Source of the DNA: Rebecca billardiae RCC1528
Taxonomy: Eukaryota; Protista; Haptophyta
NCBI GenBank assembly: GCA_965240325.2
Contig: OZ251250.1
Coordinates: 496,001 to 560,000, forward strand
Direction of reading: 5' to 3'
Length of the DNA stretch: 64,000 bases
Under the pieces are notes generated by a model. It worked only from the letters and a program-made list of their open reading frames with translations. It had not been told where the DNA came from and ran no database searches. Of the stretch, positions 32,454 to 45,831 are shown piece by piece; positions within the stretch are counted from its first letter, which is position 1; each line of letters begins with the position of its first letter. The position numbers were made by a program, and so were the translations under genes.

Positions 32454-33323
32454 ATGGCGCCCGCCGCGCACGCCCTCCGCGCGTACAGAGTGGCGACGCC
32501 GGCTGCGGCGGGGCTGCCCGCGGGTGCGGCGACGGAGGTGCTCCTCCTCGCAGCGTCGTCCCTCCCGGCCAGGCGCCACGTCCTCTTCTTCCCCGGCGAC
32601 GCGCAGATGCGTCGAACCGAAATGGAAGCCGACGTGCGCCACGGCACGTTCGAATTTTCGCACCACTCGCTCGACGACACGCTCCCGCGGCTGCAGGCGG
32701 CGTTCGGCGCGGACGCGCACGTGTGGGCGGTGCGCCCGCTGCGCATGGTCTACCAGTTCGCGTGCTACCAGCAGTTCGCGCGCGTCAGCCTCATCGGCGC
32801 TGCGCAGTACGACGGCGGGACGGCGCGCGCGGCCGACGGCATCAGTGCGCTGCTGGAGGGCGCGCTCGCGCAGGCGAGCGGCGAGGGCGCGGTGGACGGC
32901 GCGGCGCGCGAGCTGCCGCTGGTGCTCGCGGGCTTCTCCAAGGGTTGCGTCGTGCTCAACCAGCTGCTCGCCGAGCTCGGCGCGGGCGCGGCGGGCGCGC
33001 GCGCGCTGTTCACGCGCGCCGAGGCGGCGCACTGGATCGACGGCGGCAACGGCTCGGAGCGCGGCGCGCTGTACGCCGAGGCGGGGGCGCTCGACGCGCT
33101 GGCGGAGGTCGCGGCGCGCACGCGCCTCGCCGTGCACGTGCACTCCTCGCCGTACATGCTCGACTCGCCCAAGGCGCCGTGGGTGCGCGCCGAGCGCGAC
33201 GCGCTAGTCTCGGGCCTCCGCGCGCGCGGCGTGGCAGTCCGGGCGCTCGACTATTTCGAGGACGAGGAGCCGAGCCTCGAGCGGCACTTCGAGGTGCTCG
33301 GCGCGCTGGACGTGGAGGGCTGA
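32454..33323 (+). CDS. UPF0565 / C2orf69-like protein
   Basis: VLFFPGD, FACYQQF, LAGFSKGCVVLNQLLAEL, HWIDGG, VHVHSSPY and SLERHFEVL are motifs I recognise from this family; start codon chosen by eye. Confidence 0.85.
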   Translation: MAPAAHALRAYRVATPAAAGLPAGAATEVLLLAASSLPARRHVLFFPGDAQMRRTEMEADVRHGTFEFSHHSLDDTLPRLQAAFGADAHVWAVRPLRMVYQFACYQQFARVSLIGAAQYDGGTARAADGISALLEGALAQASGEGAVDGAARELPLVLAGFSKGCVVLNQLLAELGAGAAGARALFTRAEAAHWIDGGNGSERGALYAEAGALDALAEVAARTRLAVHVHSSPYMLDSPKAPWVRAERDALVSGLRARGVAVRALDYFEDEEPSLERHFEVLGALDVEG

Positions 33324-33533
33324 TGGCGCCGGGGGGGTCTCTGAGTGGCATGCCCTGCGCACGTGTGAGGCTGTGAGCATGGTCCGCCTCCACCCCGTAC
33401 CCCGGGCGTACGGCAGTACGGGCGAGAAAAGGCCCGTGAGTCGGACGTCCACCACGTTGCCGCCGAAGCGGCACCCGTTCGTCGTCATCACGATGCCGGT
33501 TCGCGAATGAAGTGGTGATGAATTGCTGGCACC

Positions 33534-34385
33534 ATGGGCGCGGAGTGCGAGCGGCTGCCGCATGAGCTGCTGCAGCTCGTGGTGCTCGAGGCGCACCGGG
33601 CGGACTGGTCGGCGCTCGGCCGCCTCGGCGCGTGCTCCAAGCGCTGGGCCCGCGCGTGCGCCGAGGTGCGCGAGCTCTGCGCCGAGCACAGGTTTGATTC
33701 CCTCGCGCCGGACGTGTGCGCCGCGCTGCGCGCCGCGGACGCGGGCGCGCGGCCGGCCGACGGCGAGGGCGGGGCGTGGCAGGCGCCGTACGCGGCGCGC
33801 ACGTGGCTCGAGCGCACGCGCACGCTCCTCTCCGAGCGCGCGCTCGTGCGCTCGCACGGCCTCGAGCCGCTCTGGGCTGCGGATGCCGCCGAATCCTTGC
33901 CGCTTGCGCACGTGCTTCGGGTACGGCTGGCGCGCGTGCTCGCTGCGGCGACGGTCGAGGACGCGGGCGTGCTCGAGCGCGTGCGTGCGCAGATTCGCGA
34001 GCATCTGGAGGCGCACGCCGGCTCCGATGCCCTGAGCGCGCTGCGCTGGCGCCGCATGCGCCGCTGGGCCGCGGAGCTCGCGCCGACCGCGCCGCTGGGC
34101 GCGGGCAATGCGGGTAATGCGGGTAACCCCGGCAGCCCCGCCGTGCCCCCGGATCTCGTCAACGTGCTCGCGCTCGAGGTGTGCGACCTGCCACGGCTGC
34201 CGCGCTCGGCGGGGATCACCGCGCTCCTCCTCGCCGCCGTGCGCTCGCACGACCTCGAGCTCGCCTACGCCTCCCTGCTCAGGACGCAGCGGCCGCTGCT
34301 CAGCGACGCGCTCGCGTCCGCGCTCGACGCCGAGTTCCGCGCCACGTTTGACGCGGCGCTCAAGTACGGGCTTGAGAACCACTGA
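33534..34385 (+). CDS. Hypothetical protein with F-box-like N-terminus
   Basis: 283-aa ATG ORF; LPHELLQLVV...LGRLGACSKRW resembles an F-box; GC3-rich codons. Confidence 0.65.
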   Translation: MGAECERLPHELLQLVVLEAHRADWSALGRLGACSKRWARACAEVRELCAEHRFDSLAPDVCAALRAADAGARPADGEGGAWQAPYAARTWLERTRTLLSERALVRSHGLEPLWAADAAESLPLAHVLRVRLARVLAAATVEDAGVLERVRAQIREHLEAHAGSDALSALRWRRMRRWAAELAPTAPLGAGNAGNAGNPGSPAVPPDLVNVLALEVCDLPRLPRSAGITALLLAAVRSHDLELAYASLLRTQRPLLSDALASALDAEFRATFDAALKYGLENH

Positions 34386-35728
34386 CGTGCGCGGGCCGCC
34401 CCGAGCGCGGGCGAGCTGCTGGTCGAGCAGCGTATGCGCTGACGGCTGAGGCCGCTCTCACAGCACCGAGCTGCTGACGATATGATTCATGATGCCGATC
34501 ATCGTCCGATTGGCGATTAAATATCGATTAGTGCGCTGTGCGGTCATACACTCATAAGTCATATAGCTTCATACGACATGCGATGACGACCGATCAGTCC
34601 GATGCCGATGATATGGTCATGCCTGCTGCTTATGCCTCATGAGTCATGGCAGCCATCTGCCAGAGTCATGACATGACCATCACGGTGTGATCGGCTAAGA
34701 GCAACGCGACCAACGCTGCGGGTGCCGGAGTGCGACTACGGACGCTGAGTGCCCGACGTGGCCCGGGCCCTGACCACTTGAGCTGGCGGCGTCGTGCCGG
34801 TGCGGCGTGCGGCGCTGGCGCCTGGCGGGCGGGCGCGGACCGTCTGCTTACCGAGAGCAAGGGCGGCAAGGGCTGTCAACTCCCAGTGGCGCCGAGTGGC
34901 GGAGGTTCCGGGCCCCTCAACTCGTGCGGCCTCGCGGCCGGGCAGCGGCTAAGCCCTCCGCTCACCGGCCCGGCCGCCCTGGAGGGCGCGTGGGGTGCGC
35001 ACGCCGCGGGCTCCTGCGGCCGCGGCAGCGGCCGCGGACACGGCGCGCGTGGTTGGTCGCCTGATAGGCAGCACGTAGTAGCCTCCCACGCCGCGCGCCG
35101 CGCTCGCCGGCGCCCCTCGCCGCGCCTCAGGCCAGCCCGCGCCCGCGCGCCGCACCAAGAGCCAGCCGTGGCCACGCGCCAGCCGCCGGCGCGCGCGCGG
35201 TGCGCGGTGCGATCGGCGCGGGTCGGGCGCGCGCCCGGGCCGAGGCTCACGTATGATGGGCGCGCGTCATGCCGCCTCGCGCCGCCGGCGCTGACGCCCG
35301 CATGGGTCGGCGCGCACGCGTTTTAGCCCGCCCCCCTCCGTCACATTCCTTTGATTGCGATGAGTGCGAACCGTGGGGGTTGGTCCGGTACGGTCCGGCT
35401 GCGGCGGCGGGCTAAACCGCTTCGATGAGTTCTGGCGGGCGGAGCTCTGCGAGGACACCGCTGCAGTTGCAAGCACCCCTTGCAGGTGGGCGCAGCCATC
35501 TCCCCGGCGGGCGCGCCGCGGCCCGGCCGCGACGGGGGCACAGCACGTGTGCAAGAATGTTCGGGGCGTGTGGCGGCAGTGCTGGTCAGGGCGGTCGACG
35601 CGGCACACGCGCCCGTGTGCCCGGCCCGGCCGCATCTGACGCGCCCGATCCGCTGCCGCCGCGCGTTGCCCCCCCCCCCTCCCCCCCGGCGCTGGCCGCA
35701 CGTTCGGTCTGCCCGGTGGCAGGGCACA

Positions 35729-36185
35729 ATGGCGAGCAACAAGATGATGCTCTTCCTGGCCGTGGTCGCGCTCGTGCTCGCGCTCGCCTCGGCGCTCCCC
35801 GTCGTGCAGGACGTCGAGCAGAAGGCGAAGGAGCTCGCAGGCAAGATGAACCATGGCGGGAACAACTACGGCCCGGGCGAGTGCCCGCTCTTCTACAAGG
35901 CCCCGTGCAGGCTCTACGTACGCGCGCCGTGCGCGTGCGCGCAGCGGCGTGCGGTGCACGGGAGGCCGTGCTGAAGCGACCGCACGCCGCGACCCACCTC
36001 GGCCGCACCCGTCTGCTGACCGGGCCTTTGCGCGGCCGTCTCTTCGGCGCCCACCTTCGCGTGCGCAGAACCAGGGATGGAACCGCGTGGGAGGGTTCCG
36101 CCAGCGGCTGCACGACCAGCTCTTGTGCCGCCCCCCGTTCGACTACTGCCCCGACTGGCTGCTGAACGATCGCGACGAGTCGTAA
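35729..36185 (+). CDS. Small secreted 4-Cys protein (~101 aa), intron 35918-36068
   Basis: Signal peptide MASNKMMLFLAVVALVLALASA; a GTACGC...GCGCAG intron joins CPLFYKAPCRLY to NQGWNRVGG...CRPPFDYCPDWLL in frame. Confidence 0.75.
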
Positions 36186-37425
36186 GCTCGACGCCAATGG
36201 TCCGCTGACCGAGCCTACGCTCCTGTACTGATGACGCCGCTACGATGGTGCTGTACGGGTGCCGGCATCGGGCGGTGCCACGCCGCCAGCGTTCGACGGA
36301 CAGTTTGGGCTCGGGCACCGCGAGCCGCGGCGTTGCTGCGTCGGGCGCCGCCTCGCCGCCACGGCTGTGGGCAGCGCCTGGGCATTGCGGGAAGGCCCAG
36401 CCTCGAGGCTCGAGCTGACGGCGCGCCGCCCGGCCCGCCGCAGTGCCGCGGGGAGCCGGCCCAGTAGGCAGGACGGCCTGCCGTGCCGCGGCGCTGTCGC
36501 TGACAGTTCCGAATTCATATCGCCGCAGCAGATCGGTCATCACTCATCAGAATAGATTCTGCGTATAGCAGTAGTCCGATTCGTCGCTGCTGCGCTGTGA
36601 ATGATGAGTGAGTCTGAATGTGATGCCTGATGGCCGCCACTGTTGACTGTAGTCTGAATACTATACTGGGCGGGCCAAAGAGGCACTGTAGCGTTACTGA
36701 CGGCCACGAGCGCGCGTCCTAGCGAGTGTTTAGAGCTGATTTCGGGCTGGATCATTAGTGCCCTCTGGAGGGGTCTGGGCCGGCCATGTAAAAAAATCTA
36801 AGGTGCACATACCCTGAATATAGGGCGTAACGGCTAGCTATATTTACTTATATTAGAATAATGAGCCTGAACTTATTGGAAACGGCATGTAACGGCCGTC
36901 CTATATGTGACATATAGACCATGTCGACCTCACTTTGATAGAGCATCTCAGCGAGATCGTTCTGAGTCCCCAGCAGCAGCAGGTCCGCCACCTCAAAGAT
37001 GTGCGGGTGCCTTTTCCGGCCACGTTCCACGAGATTTTCTTAAAACTGCACTAGCAACCGACGGCCAATCAACGCCCGGCCTGCACCAGGGGCGGTGGAG
37101 GGCATGAATAGGTTTTTGAGCAACCGCCGAGCCTGGTTGAGTCGCTCCGTTCCGGCTGAGCGCCGGTCGAACGGCCCCTCGCGGTTTGTCGAAGTCATGG
37201 ACGGAGCGGGGAGCTCCCGCCGGCCACCGCGCCGGAGCTCGTCACCGCCGCCACGCGGGGAGGACGATTGCGGAATGTCGGCGTCATCTGGCGCGGCATC
37301 AATATCGGAACCGGAGACCATGTCGTCGTGCAGTGGCTGCAGAAGAACGGCAGGCCTTCGGAGCGCGCCGGGCTCGCGCAGGTGCGCCGCGTCGTCAAGA
37401 AGTCGTCGCGGGGTCAGTGACCCTC

Positions 37426-38828
37426 ATGGTAAAGTGGTTCTACTTCGTGGAGGACTTGCCTGGCAAGACGCGCACCGCAGACTACCACCCTGCGGAGGTC
37501 TACGAGCACGTCGGCAACTGGAAGGAGGAGGAGATCGAGGTCGAGACGGTGCATGGCAAGGTGATGGTGTGGAAGAACCTTGCGGAGTTCATCGCGCGCG
37601 GGGGCGCACTGGACTTCTTCGTGAATGCATGGACCGCGTTCAAGCGCCCGAGGTGCGCCGCCCCGCCCGCGATCCCTCCCTGCGCGCGCATACCCGCGGC
37701 GCGCCAACACCGCGTGTCGTCGTCCGCCCCGTCGTCTGTGATGCCAGGCAGGGCGAGTCCGAGCCGCAGCCGTTCAAGGCCAAGCGCAACGTGCTGCATG
37801 TGGCGAACATGAATCTGACCGAGCCACCCGAGGAGGTCATCGCGCAGCTCCCGACCGCCCGCATGCCATTCGAGTTCGGTGTCGGCCTGAAGGCCTGGAA
37901 GCAGCCGGACGGCGGCATCGTGCTGCCGACGACGACAGGGGCTGCGGAGGACGGGCAGCAGCGCGGCTACCCGCTGCGGCCGTGCTTGCTCGGGGAGGCG
38001 GACGAGCACGTGCTCGATCTCGGTACGATCGGATCCCGCTGCGCGCGCGCCGTGCCCGCTCCCCCCCGCCGCCCGTGTTGACGCGCGTCCTGCGCGCGTG
38101 CCCGCGCGCGCCGCGCAGGGCGCGATGAGATTGGCATCGCCGCGGACGCCGATCTGGTTGCGGCGTGCGTCGAGTCCGAGCGCCGTGTCGCGGGCTGCCT
38201 CGCCAGCAGTAAGGTGTATCGCCACGTCACCATCGTCGCCATCGAGCACGGCGCGAAGCTGTACCGCCCGCCGGCGGAGGCTGTGCACAACCTCGTCGCG
38301 CGGTACCGTGAGTTCCTGTGGCGGGAGCCGATGCACATTCGCGTCCGCCAGCAGCAGCAGGCGGCGATCTTCGATCGGCTGCTCACGCGCGTCGTCGCGC
38401 ACTGCCGAGGCTTGCACGCAGCCGAGCGCGCATCGGTCCAGGTCGATGCCACCGCGTACGATGCTGCCGTCATCGACCTCTTCGCCGAGGACCGCCTGGG
38501 CCGCTGGCTGCGCGGCCGGTACGAGCTCGAGCTCGCATCTCACGCGAGCTTGCCGCTCGCCCCCGGCTGGCCCTTCTTCTCGATCGCTCCGCTGAACGGC
38601 AACGCGTCGGACAACTACGCCGAGATCTTCTCTCCCGCCACGACGCTCGCCGAGAGCCCGCACCAGCTCGTCCTGTTCACCGACTTCCAGTCGGTCATCG
38701 GCCTGCGCTTCACCTGGCGTAAGTGGAAGGATGTCACAGCGACCGGCGGGACAATCATCGGCGGCTCGCCGCCGCCGACCGCGGGCTACCATCCGAATAG
38801 TGGGCGGGGATGTACGTACGGCTGGTAG
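37426..38828 (+). CDS. Hypothetical protein (~403 aa), introns 37653-37747 and 38023-38118; start may be further upstream
   Basis: Three coding-like blocks joined in frame by GT...AG introns; no family recognised. Confidence 0.65.
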
Positions 38829-41800
38829 GCATGACGTAGTCAGTCACGGCTCAGCACTCCAGTCGCACTATCCCGCATTGGCGCCATATTCGTTCGTGAT
38901 ACTCGTCAGTCTTATTCGTCGGATGAGGCCCGCGCTCGCGGGCCGCGCGGCGGCGCGGGCCGCGCGGGCTGCGCGGGCCCGACGCGTGCCACCGCCACCG
39001 GCCACTGTGGCAGCGCGCGGCGGCGCGGGCCGGATACGGTCGTGCCAGGCTCCGGTTCGGGCGGGCGGCCGGCTTAGACCCCCCTGCAAGCCCGGCGACG
39101 CCACTGCGGGTCACGCTCAGGGACGGCGGCAGAGCCGGCCCACTGACTGGTCTCGCCGCCCGCGGGTGCGCAACCGTGACCGTCAGTTCCGCGCGGGCAC
39201 CAGAACTGCGGAGCACGGCCGCGGCGGCGCGGCCGAGTCGCTGTTACTGGCTGCTCGCGATTGGGATGCAGCAGCTCTACCAGCGACCAGCCACTTGAAG
39301 CATGTACACACTCACCAAGCCTTGCCGCGCGGCAGTCACGTTTGCCCGCCACGCGTGGCCCGTGGCCGTGCCCGTGGGGCGACCGGCTCAGGCAGCGCAG
39401 CGGGGCGGCTCGCGCTCCCTGACTGTCGTTGCGAGCTAGCACTTCTGTGGTCTCCCTGCTTCCTCTCGAGACCTTGCCCGCTCCTTCAGACGTGCTCGCG
39501 CAGCACCCGTGTCGCGAAAGCTCTCGGGCTCGCGCTTGGATGGCGCATCGCATTCGTGTCGGCTGCCCGCGTGCAGTACAGCCCACGCGAGGCGCAGCCA
39601 CGGCCCCTTGTCGAGAGGCTCAGATACCCCTGGGATGGCCCAACGACCCCGCTGCCGCCGCGGCCACGGCGGGCGCGCGCCAACGCTCGCCTCCCCGAGT
39701 CGCCGCCCCGGCAGCCGGGGCGCGGCGGCCCCGGGCCGCCCGCAACCAGACCGGGCTCAGAACGCGTATTACCGGTTTGGCGGCCGTAGGTAGAGGGCCC
39801 ACCCCTTGCCCTCGCGAGTCCAGGATTTGATGCAAGACCGCCAGACCAAGGGCCGTGGCCAGACGAGAGGATAGGGATTTCGTGCAAGACGGCGCCTAGT
39901 CGTGAGGAGCCTTGATTGAAGAAAAAGTTTAGTCAGTCGACTGACTAAACTCATCTCCCCTACAAATGTTCAGGAGATCAAGGCTAGAAGCGTCCAGAAA
40001 CGGCACCCGCACATCTTTGAGGTGAACATGCGATATAGGCTGTGTACTGGCAGGCTGTCAAATATGTAGTTTCCTGGAAGCCACTGGTCGTTACATACCC
40101 ACCGTGTATATAGCCGCCATGCTGATGAATACAGTCTCGCCTGATCTCGAGCTGCGAGATACGTTTTCAGACTGTGTATACGGCCACGCGTACGGCATAT
40201 TGCAGACATGATGGACCCAAAGCACCGGCCCCACGTCCTCAGCCTGGGAGTGCTCTCGGTCATAGTCAAGGTTTAAAGTCACCCGAGCCAACCGCCACCG
40301 CTCCCTGGCCGAGACCTACGAGGCAGGTCAAATCTGTCGTCGTCGCAGTGCGGCACAGTGCCGAGCATGCGATTCGGCAGCAAACGCCTGCTCCAGGCGG
40401 TGGCTGGCGTCTCTGCACCAAACCAGGCTGGATGGGATCGGTCCATATAGGTACGCCCTACCCTGTTCCGCGCTATTTCTGGGCTTTGGGGCGGATATTC
40501 GGCCTACAGAGGCTGATCCGGCGTTGTTCGGCGCTCCTGGCTGGCTGCGCGGAGCCCAACGGCAAGCGCCGGCGTGTGCAAGGCGTCAAGATTGAGACGG
40601 TCTCTGACGCTCCCGCCGGTCTTGGGCGCACCAGGGTGCATGGGGGCCCATCTGCATCTGCTTCTGCAGGCATGAGCGTCACAGGGGCGCGCTTGCAGGC
40701 ACGGTCCAGTGCTAGTCGGACCTGTCGAATGAGCCAACCGCTGCCTGCGAGCACGTCCGCGACGTCCTGAGAGGCAAATGGGAGGCGTCCCGACGCCATC
40801 AGCGGGCACACGTGACCCATACCCAACGTGCTGACCATCGCAAGTGCCACGGCAGGTGCAAACACGGGCCCTACGAGCGGAAGATGGCAGTTGCGGGCTC
40901 CGCGGAGGTGTTGCGCGCGAGCTCGCGCCGGTCTGCTGACGGCGATTCCGGCGCAGTAGGGCAGGTTAGGCGAGTTGACCATGCACATACATACCTAGAC
41001 ACCTGCTCCGAGCACCGATCTCACCACTCCGAGTTGATCATGACCCACACCGAGCGGTAGCGTGAGAGGCGCACGCAGCGCGCCAATTCAAGCCGGCCGA
41101 CGCGCGCCGCGCACGGCGCAAGGTGGCCAAGAAGCGGGTGGTGAGCCGCTGGTGGCGCAAAGGCACGGGTCAGTAGCGCCCACCAGCGTCACGCGCGCGC
41201 GCACCCGAGACCATCTCGGCGTCTCAGAGGTCGCGAGCGCGCGGCGGTCCACTGCCTCCGGCCGCTCGTCTGGAGCGGAACCGAGCTCTGCTGCTGAGCG
41301 CCCGAAGGCGTCGGAGCTCGATTTTCGAGCGGGGTCCGAGAAAAAGGCTCCGCGCCACCCTAAAAGCCCGAGGGCGGAGCGAAAATGCGCCGCGGCTTTG
41401 ATTTTCTTTTTTAAATGGGCGGTTTGGCCCCCCTATGACTGTACCGTCAGGGCTCAGGGGGGCCCTCACTTACTCACTTAGCACGGGGGCTCACTCTAAC
41501 TAGTAACTTGCATCCGATGCGGACCGGTACGCGGTCCGACGTATCTGCTGAATCATCATGATGTCGAATGCTGACGGTGTCGTACTATACTCCGTACTCA
41601 GACAGCAGCAGAGTGAGCAGTAGTCTGTGCCACTAGTGTCTGAGTGACACGGACTGACAGAGGGTGTCCGAGTGCCGCTGCAGTCGGTCCGGGACTTGGC
41701 TAATGAATGGCCGTTGTGAGTTCAATAGCTTCACTTACTTACACTCGTGGCCGCTCCGCGCGGGGCAGGCCGGCGCGCGCCCGGCGGCGCGTCACCGAGT

Positions 41801-42352
41801 GACCGCGGCGCGGGCACCGTGTCCGTGATGATTGACTGGTCTGCCTCCGAGTGACGATGCGCATTATACTCGCGCCCGAATTAGTAATTATACTAATTAC
41901 GGCCCGAGCGGGCCGAGACTAATCGCCGCCCCCGCGGAGTGAAGTGACTGCATGCTTCGGGCCAGTCAGCATGATAGTTCCAGTGGAATCGCGGGCCTGA
42001 CGCTCGTCCGGCGCGCCCTCTGACTACTGTATATCAACTTGATATGCTGGCACGCACAAGACAATTATCGTCAGCACGAGCGACTGCTGCTACTATATGG
42101 TCGTCTGCTACTACTCATACGATAAGTACAGGCATAGTCATCATATTCTCTAGCTGCTTATTACTACTCATACTATATATATATATATTATTGCCGATGA
42201 TGACTCATACTAGCTAGTCATAGTACGTCCGACGACGATTGACGACGCCGGCCTGCGCTCAGCGCTGGCGCCGGCGGTCGCCAGCAGCCGCCAGCAGGTC
42301 GTCAGCGACTCAGCGAGTTCATCCGGTCGTCGTCATCGGACCGACTCTTCTG

Positions 42353-42356
<4 letters not shown>

Positions 42357-42409
<53 letters not shown>

Positions 42410-42596
42410 AGTATTAGTATTAGTATTAGTATTAGTATTAGTATTAGTATTAGTATTAGTATTAGTATTAGTATTAGTATTAGTATTAGTATTAGTATTA
42501 GTATTAGTATTAGTATTAGTATTAGTATTAGTATTAGTATTAGTATTAGTATTAGTATTAGTATTAGTATTAGTATTAGTATTATTATTATTATTA
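42357..42596. repeat. Compound microsatellite: (TA)n, then (TTAGTA)29 at 42408-42581, then (TTA)n
   Basis: Direct reading. Confidence 0.96.
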
Positions 42597-42772
42597 ATAT
42601 ATTCCGGATCGATCGCTGCGGCGGCGCGCATGCAGTGCCGCGCTGCGCTCTCGGGACCATCGGGCCACTCGGTTGAGAGTGCCGGATGGGCGGATGGCAG
42701 CCGACGTCAGACTGTCACGTCAGACGCGCGGACCGGCTGAGGCAGGCGTCAGAGTGAGAGTCGTCGTTGCTC

Positions 42773-43240
42773 TCAGCTGCTCGGCGGCAAGGGGCCCTCC
42801 TCAATCTCGGGCCGCGGCTCGTCATCCAGCAGCGCGTCGAGGAGGCGGAGCGCGGCCACCTTGTCCTGCCGCGCGTTGTACTCGGTGCAGCTCGCCGAGT
42901 GCGTGCAGAGCACGCAGCCGTTGGCGCAGCCGCACGCGCGCACGTGCGCGCGCGCGGCCTCGAGCAGCGCGGGCAATCTCGCGTGGATCTCGGCGCTCAC
43001 GCCCGAGCCGCCGCGCGCCTTGTCGTAGAAGAGCAGCCGGCGCGGCACGCGGCCGTACCGCTGCGGGCACTCCACGCCCACCTCGGCCACGTCACAGCCG
43101 AGCGAGACCGGCAGCAGCGCGACCACCGCGTGCGCGGCCGCGTGGATGCCGTCGCGAAGCGCGTCCGCAGCGCACGCGCCGGGGCGGGCGCCGCCGGCTG
43201 GCTGCTCGTGCGGCGCGGCGTCGCTGGCAGGGTGCACGGC

Positions 43241-43271
<31 letters not shown>

Positions 43272-44390
43272 AGCCGGGTGCTTGGCGTGAGCCCGGCGGC
43301 CGCCGCCCCGCCGCCCGCCGTCCAGTCGGCGTGGCGAGCGACTGCACCCGGCGAGCCGCAGCCGCCGCAGCCGCCGCCGCAGCCGCCGCCGCAGCCGCCG
43401 CAGCCGCCGCCGCAGCCGCCGCAGCCGCCGCAGCCGCCGCCGCAGCCGCCGCAGCCGCCGCCGCAGCCGCCGCAGCCGCCGCAGCCACCGCAGCCGCCGC
43501 CGGGCGCGCACGGACCATCCCCAGCCGGACCGCTTCCGCCATCCGCGCCGCCCTCGGCCTCGCCGCCGCCGCGCCCGCGCTGCGCCGCCCCAACCCCCGC
43601 GACGGCCGCGGCGTGCGCCTCGTCCAGGTCGACCCAGCACGCGTACGTGTCGAAGCGATGGTCGGGCATGCAGATTTGCTCCTCGTCGAACGTGGCGCCC
43701 GATCGCTCGTGCACCCTGTAGAAGCCGGTGCACGCGAGCGTGGCGAGGGCGGGGCCGAAGCGCGCGCGCGCGAGCGCGGCCCGCGCGCCCGCCGGCGGCG
43801 GCAGCGGCCAGCGCCCGACCGTCGTCAGCTTCACCTCCGACCACGCGCGCGTGTAGTAGCGCAGCTCTGGCGAGTAGCGCACGTGCACCACCTTGGCGCG
43901 TCGGTCGATCTCGTGCACGAGATACTTAGAGCCCTGGTTCAGGTACACCGCGCCGACGTACAGCTCGTAGTAGAGCCGCGAGATCTCGATCTCGTCGATC
44001 ACGTCGGTCGCCGCGCCTCCGCCGGAGGATGACGAGCCCGGGCCGCCGCGGCCGCGGCCGCCGCCGCGCGCGTGCGTGTGCTGCCGCGCGCCCGTCCCGC
44101 CCGGCGTCGCGCCCGCGAGCGGCGCGGGCTGCGGCGCCCCGTGCGCGTGCGCCAGCACGGCGTACCGCTCGTCGTCGATGTTCCGGAGCGAGACGCGCGA
44201 CCACGGAGGCCCGCCCGCCGACGTGTCGGCGCGCCACACGCCCGCGCCGCAGGGCACGAGCTCGGCGGAGGCGTGGAGGGCACGCAGCGAGCGAGACAGC
44301 ATGGCTGCCGCCGTGGCGCGCGGCGGCGGCGGCGGCGCGGCGACCGACGCCGCGACGCCACGTCCGCCGCCGCTGCCGTCGGAGCTGCCC

Positions 44391-44428
<38 letters not shown>

Positions 44429-45573
44429 AGCGCAGGTGGCGGTGTCGCCGCCGCCTGCGCCGCCGCCACCGCCGCCGCCGTCCGCCGCCGCGCCCGCTCC
44501 GCCGCCGTGCGCCGCGGCCCCCGGCGGCGCATTCTCCTCGGCCGGCTCGCCGAGCCCCGCCGCGCCGCCGTCCGGCGCCCACCCCCACAGGGCCGCGTCC
44601 TCCGAGCCCGCGCAGAAGTGCAGGGGCTCCTCGCGCGCCGCGCACCGCAGGTGCGCGCACTGCACGGCGTGCGCGTGCGGCTCAAGCGCCACCGCCTCGG
44701 CGCCCGACGAGCTGAGCAGGAGGCCCGGCCGCTTCATGTAGTACGCGTCAATAGGAGATGGGTACGGCACGTAGAAGACGCTCGCCTGCCGCTCCACCTC
44801 GCGCCCCGCGCGCCCCGCGCGCTGCCACAGCGAGGAGAGCGAGCCTGGCCACCCCAGGATGATGACGGCGTCCTGCAGGCGGGTAGGGGTACAGTAGGGG
44901 TAGGGGTACATTAGGGGTAGGGGTACAGTAGGGGTAGGGGTACAGTAGGGGTAGGGCATAGGTGTACACAGGAGAGGGGCAGGGGTGAGGGTGAGGGCTA
45001 GTGGGCTGCAGGTGCAGGTGTGCGGGTGGCGGCGCGTGGGCGGGCGCGCGCGCGCTTGGCGCGGCGCATGCGGCACGCCGGCCGCCGCCTCCCGCGCGGG
45101 CGCGCGCGCGGGCCGTCCCGCGCCACGCGGCCACGCGCACCACGTGGCGCGCGCGGCGCACGGGCGCGTTTTGTCAGAGGCGGGCGCGGGGGCGCGGACC
45201 CCAACCCTAACCCTAGCCAGAGCCCTAGGCGCGCACCAGGCTGGTCAGGTTGATCCCGAGCTCGAGCGTGGAGGTCGCACACACGCCGAGCAGCCGCCCG
45301 TCGAAGAGGCGCGCCTCGATCGAGCGGCGGTCGCGAGCGCACAGCCCGCCGCGGTACACCGCGACGCGCTCGGCCAGCTCCGGCGCCGAGAAGCGCAGCT
45401 GCCGCCGCACGTACTCGCAGACGAGCTCGGCGATCTTGCGCACGGACGCAAAGCACAGCGTGCGCACGCCCGCGCACAGGAGCGCCGACATCAGCGCCGC
45501 CGCCTCCACGTTGGACGAGACGCGGTGCTGCTGCTGCGGCGGCTGCTGCTGCTGCTGCTGCTGCTGCGGCGGC

Positions 45574-45621
<48 letters not shown>

Positions 45622-45690
45622 GGCGGCGGCTGCTGCTGCTGCTGCTGCTGCTGCTGCGGCGGCTGCTGCTGCTGCTGCTGCTGCTGCTGC

Positions 45691-45771
<81 letters not shown>

Positions 45772-45798
45772 GACTGCTGCTGCGGCGGCAGCTGCGGC

Positions 45799-45831
<33 letters not shown>

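Noticed and set aside
38830-41480. ORFs 38731-39789, 40174-40770 and 40473-40988 as genes
   Set aside because: No motifs or codon bias; consistent with chance ORFs in GC-rich or decayed element sequence.
42239-42676. ORFs with IYIY/ISIS/NTNT/ILIL runs
   Set aside because: Translations of microsatellites.
45201-45218. ccctaaccctag as an interstitial telomere
   Set aside because: Only about two units, inside an intron.
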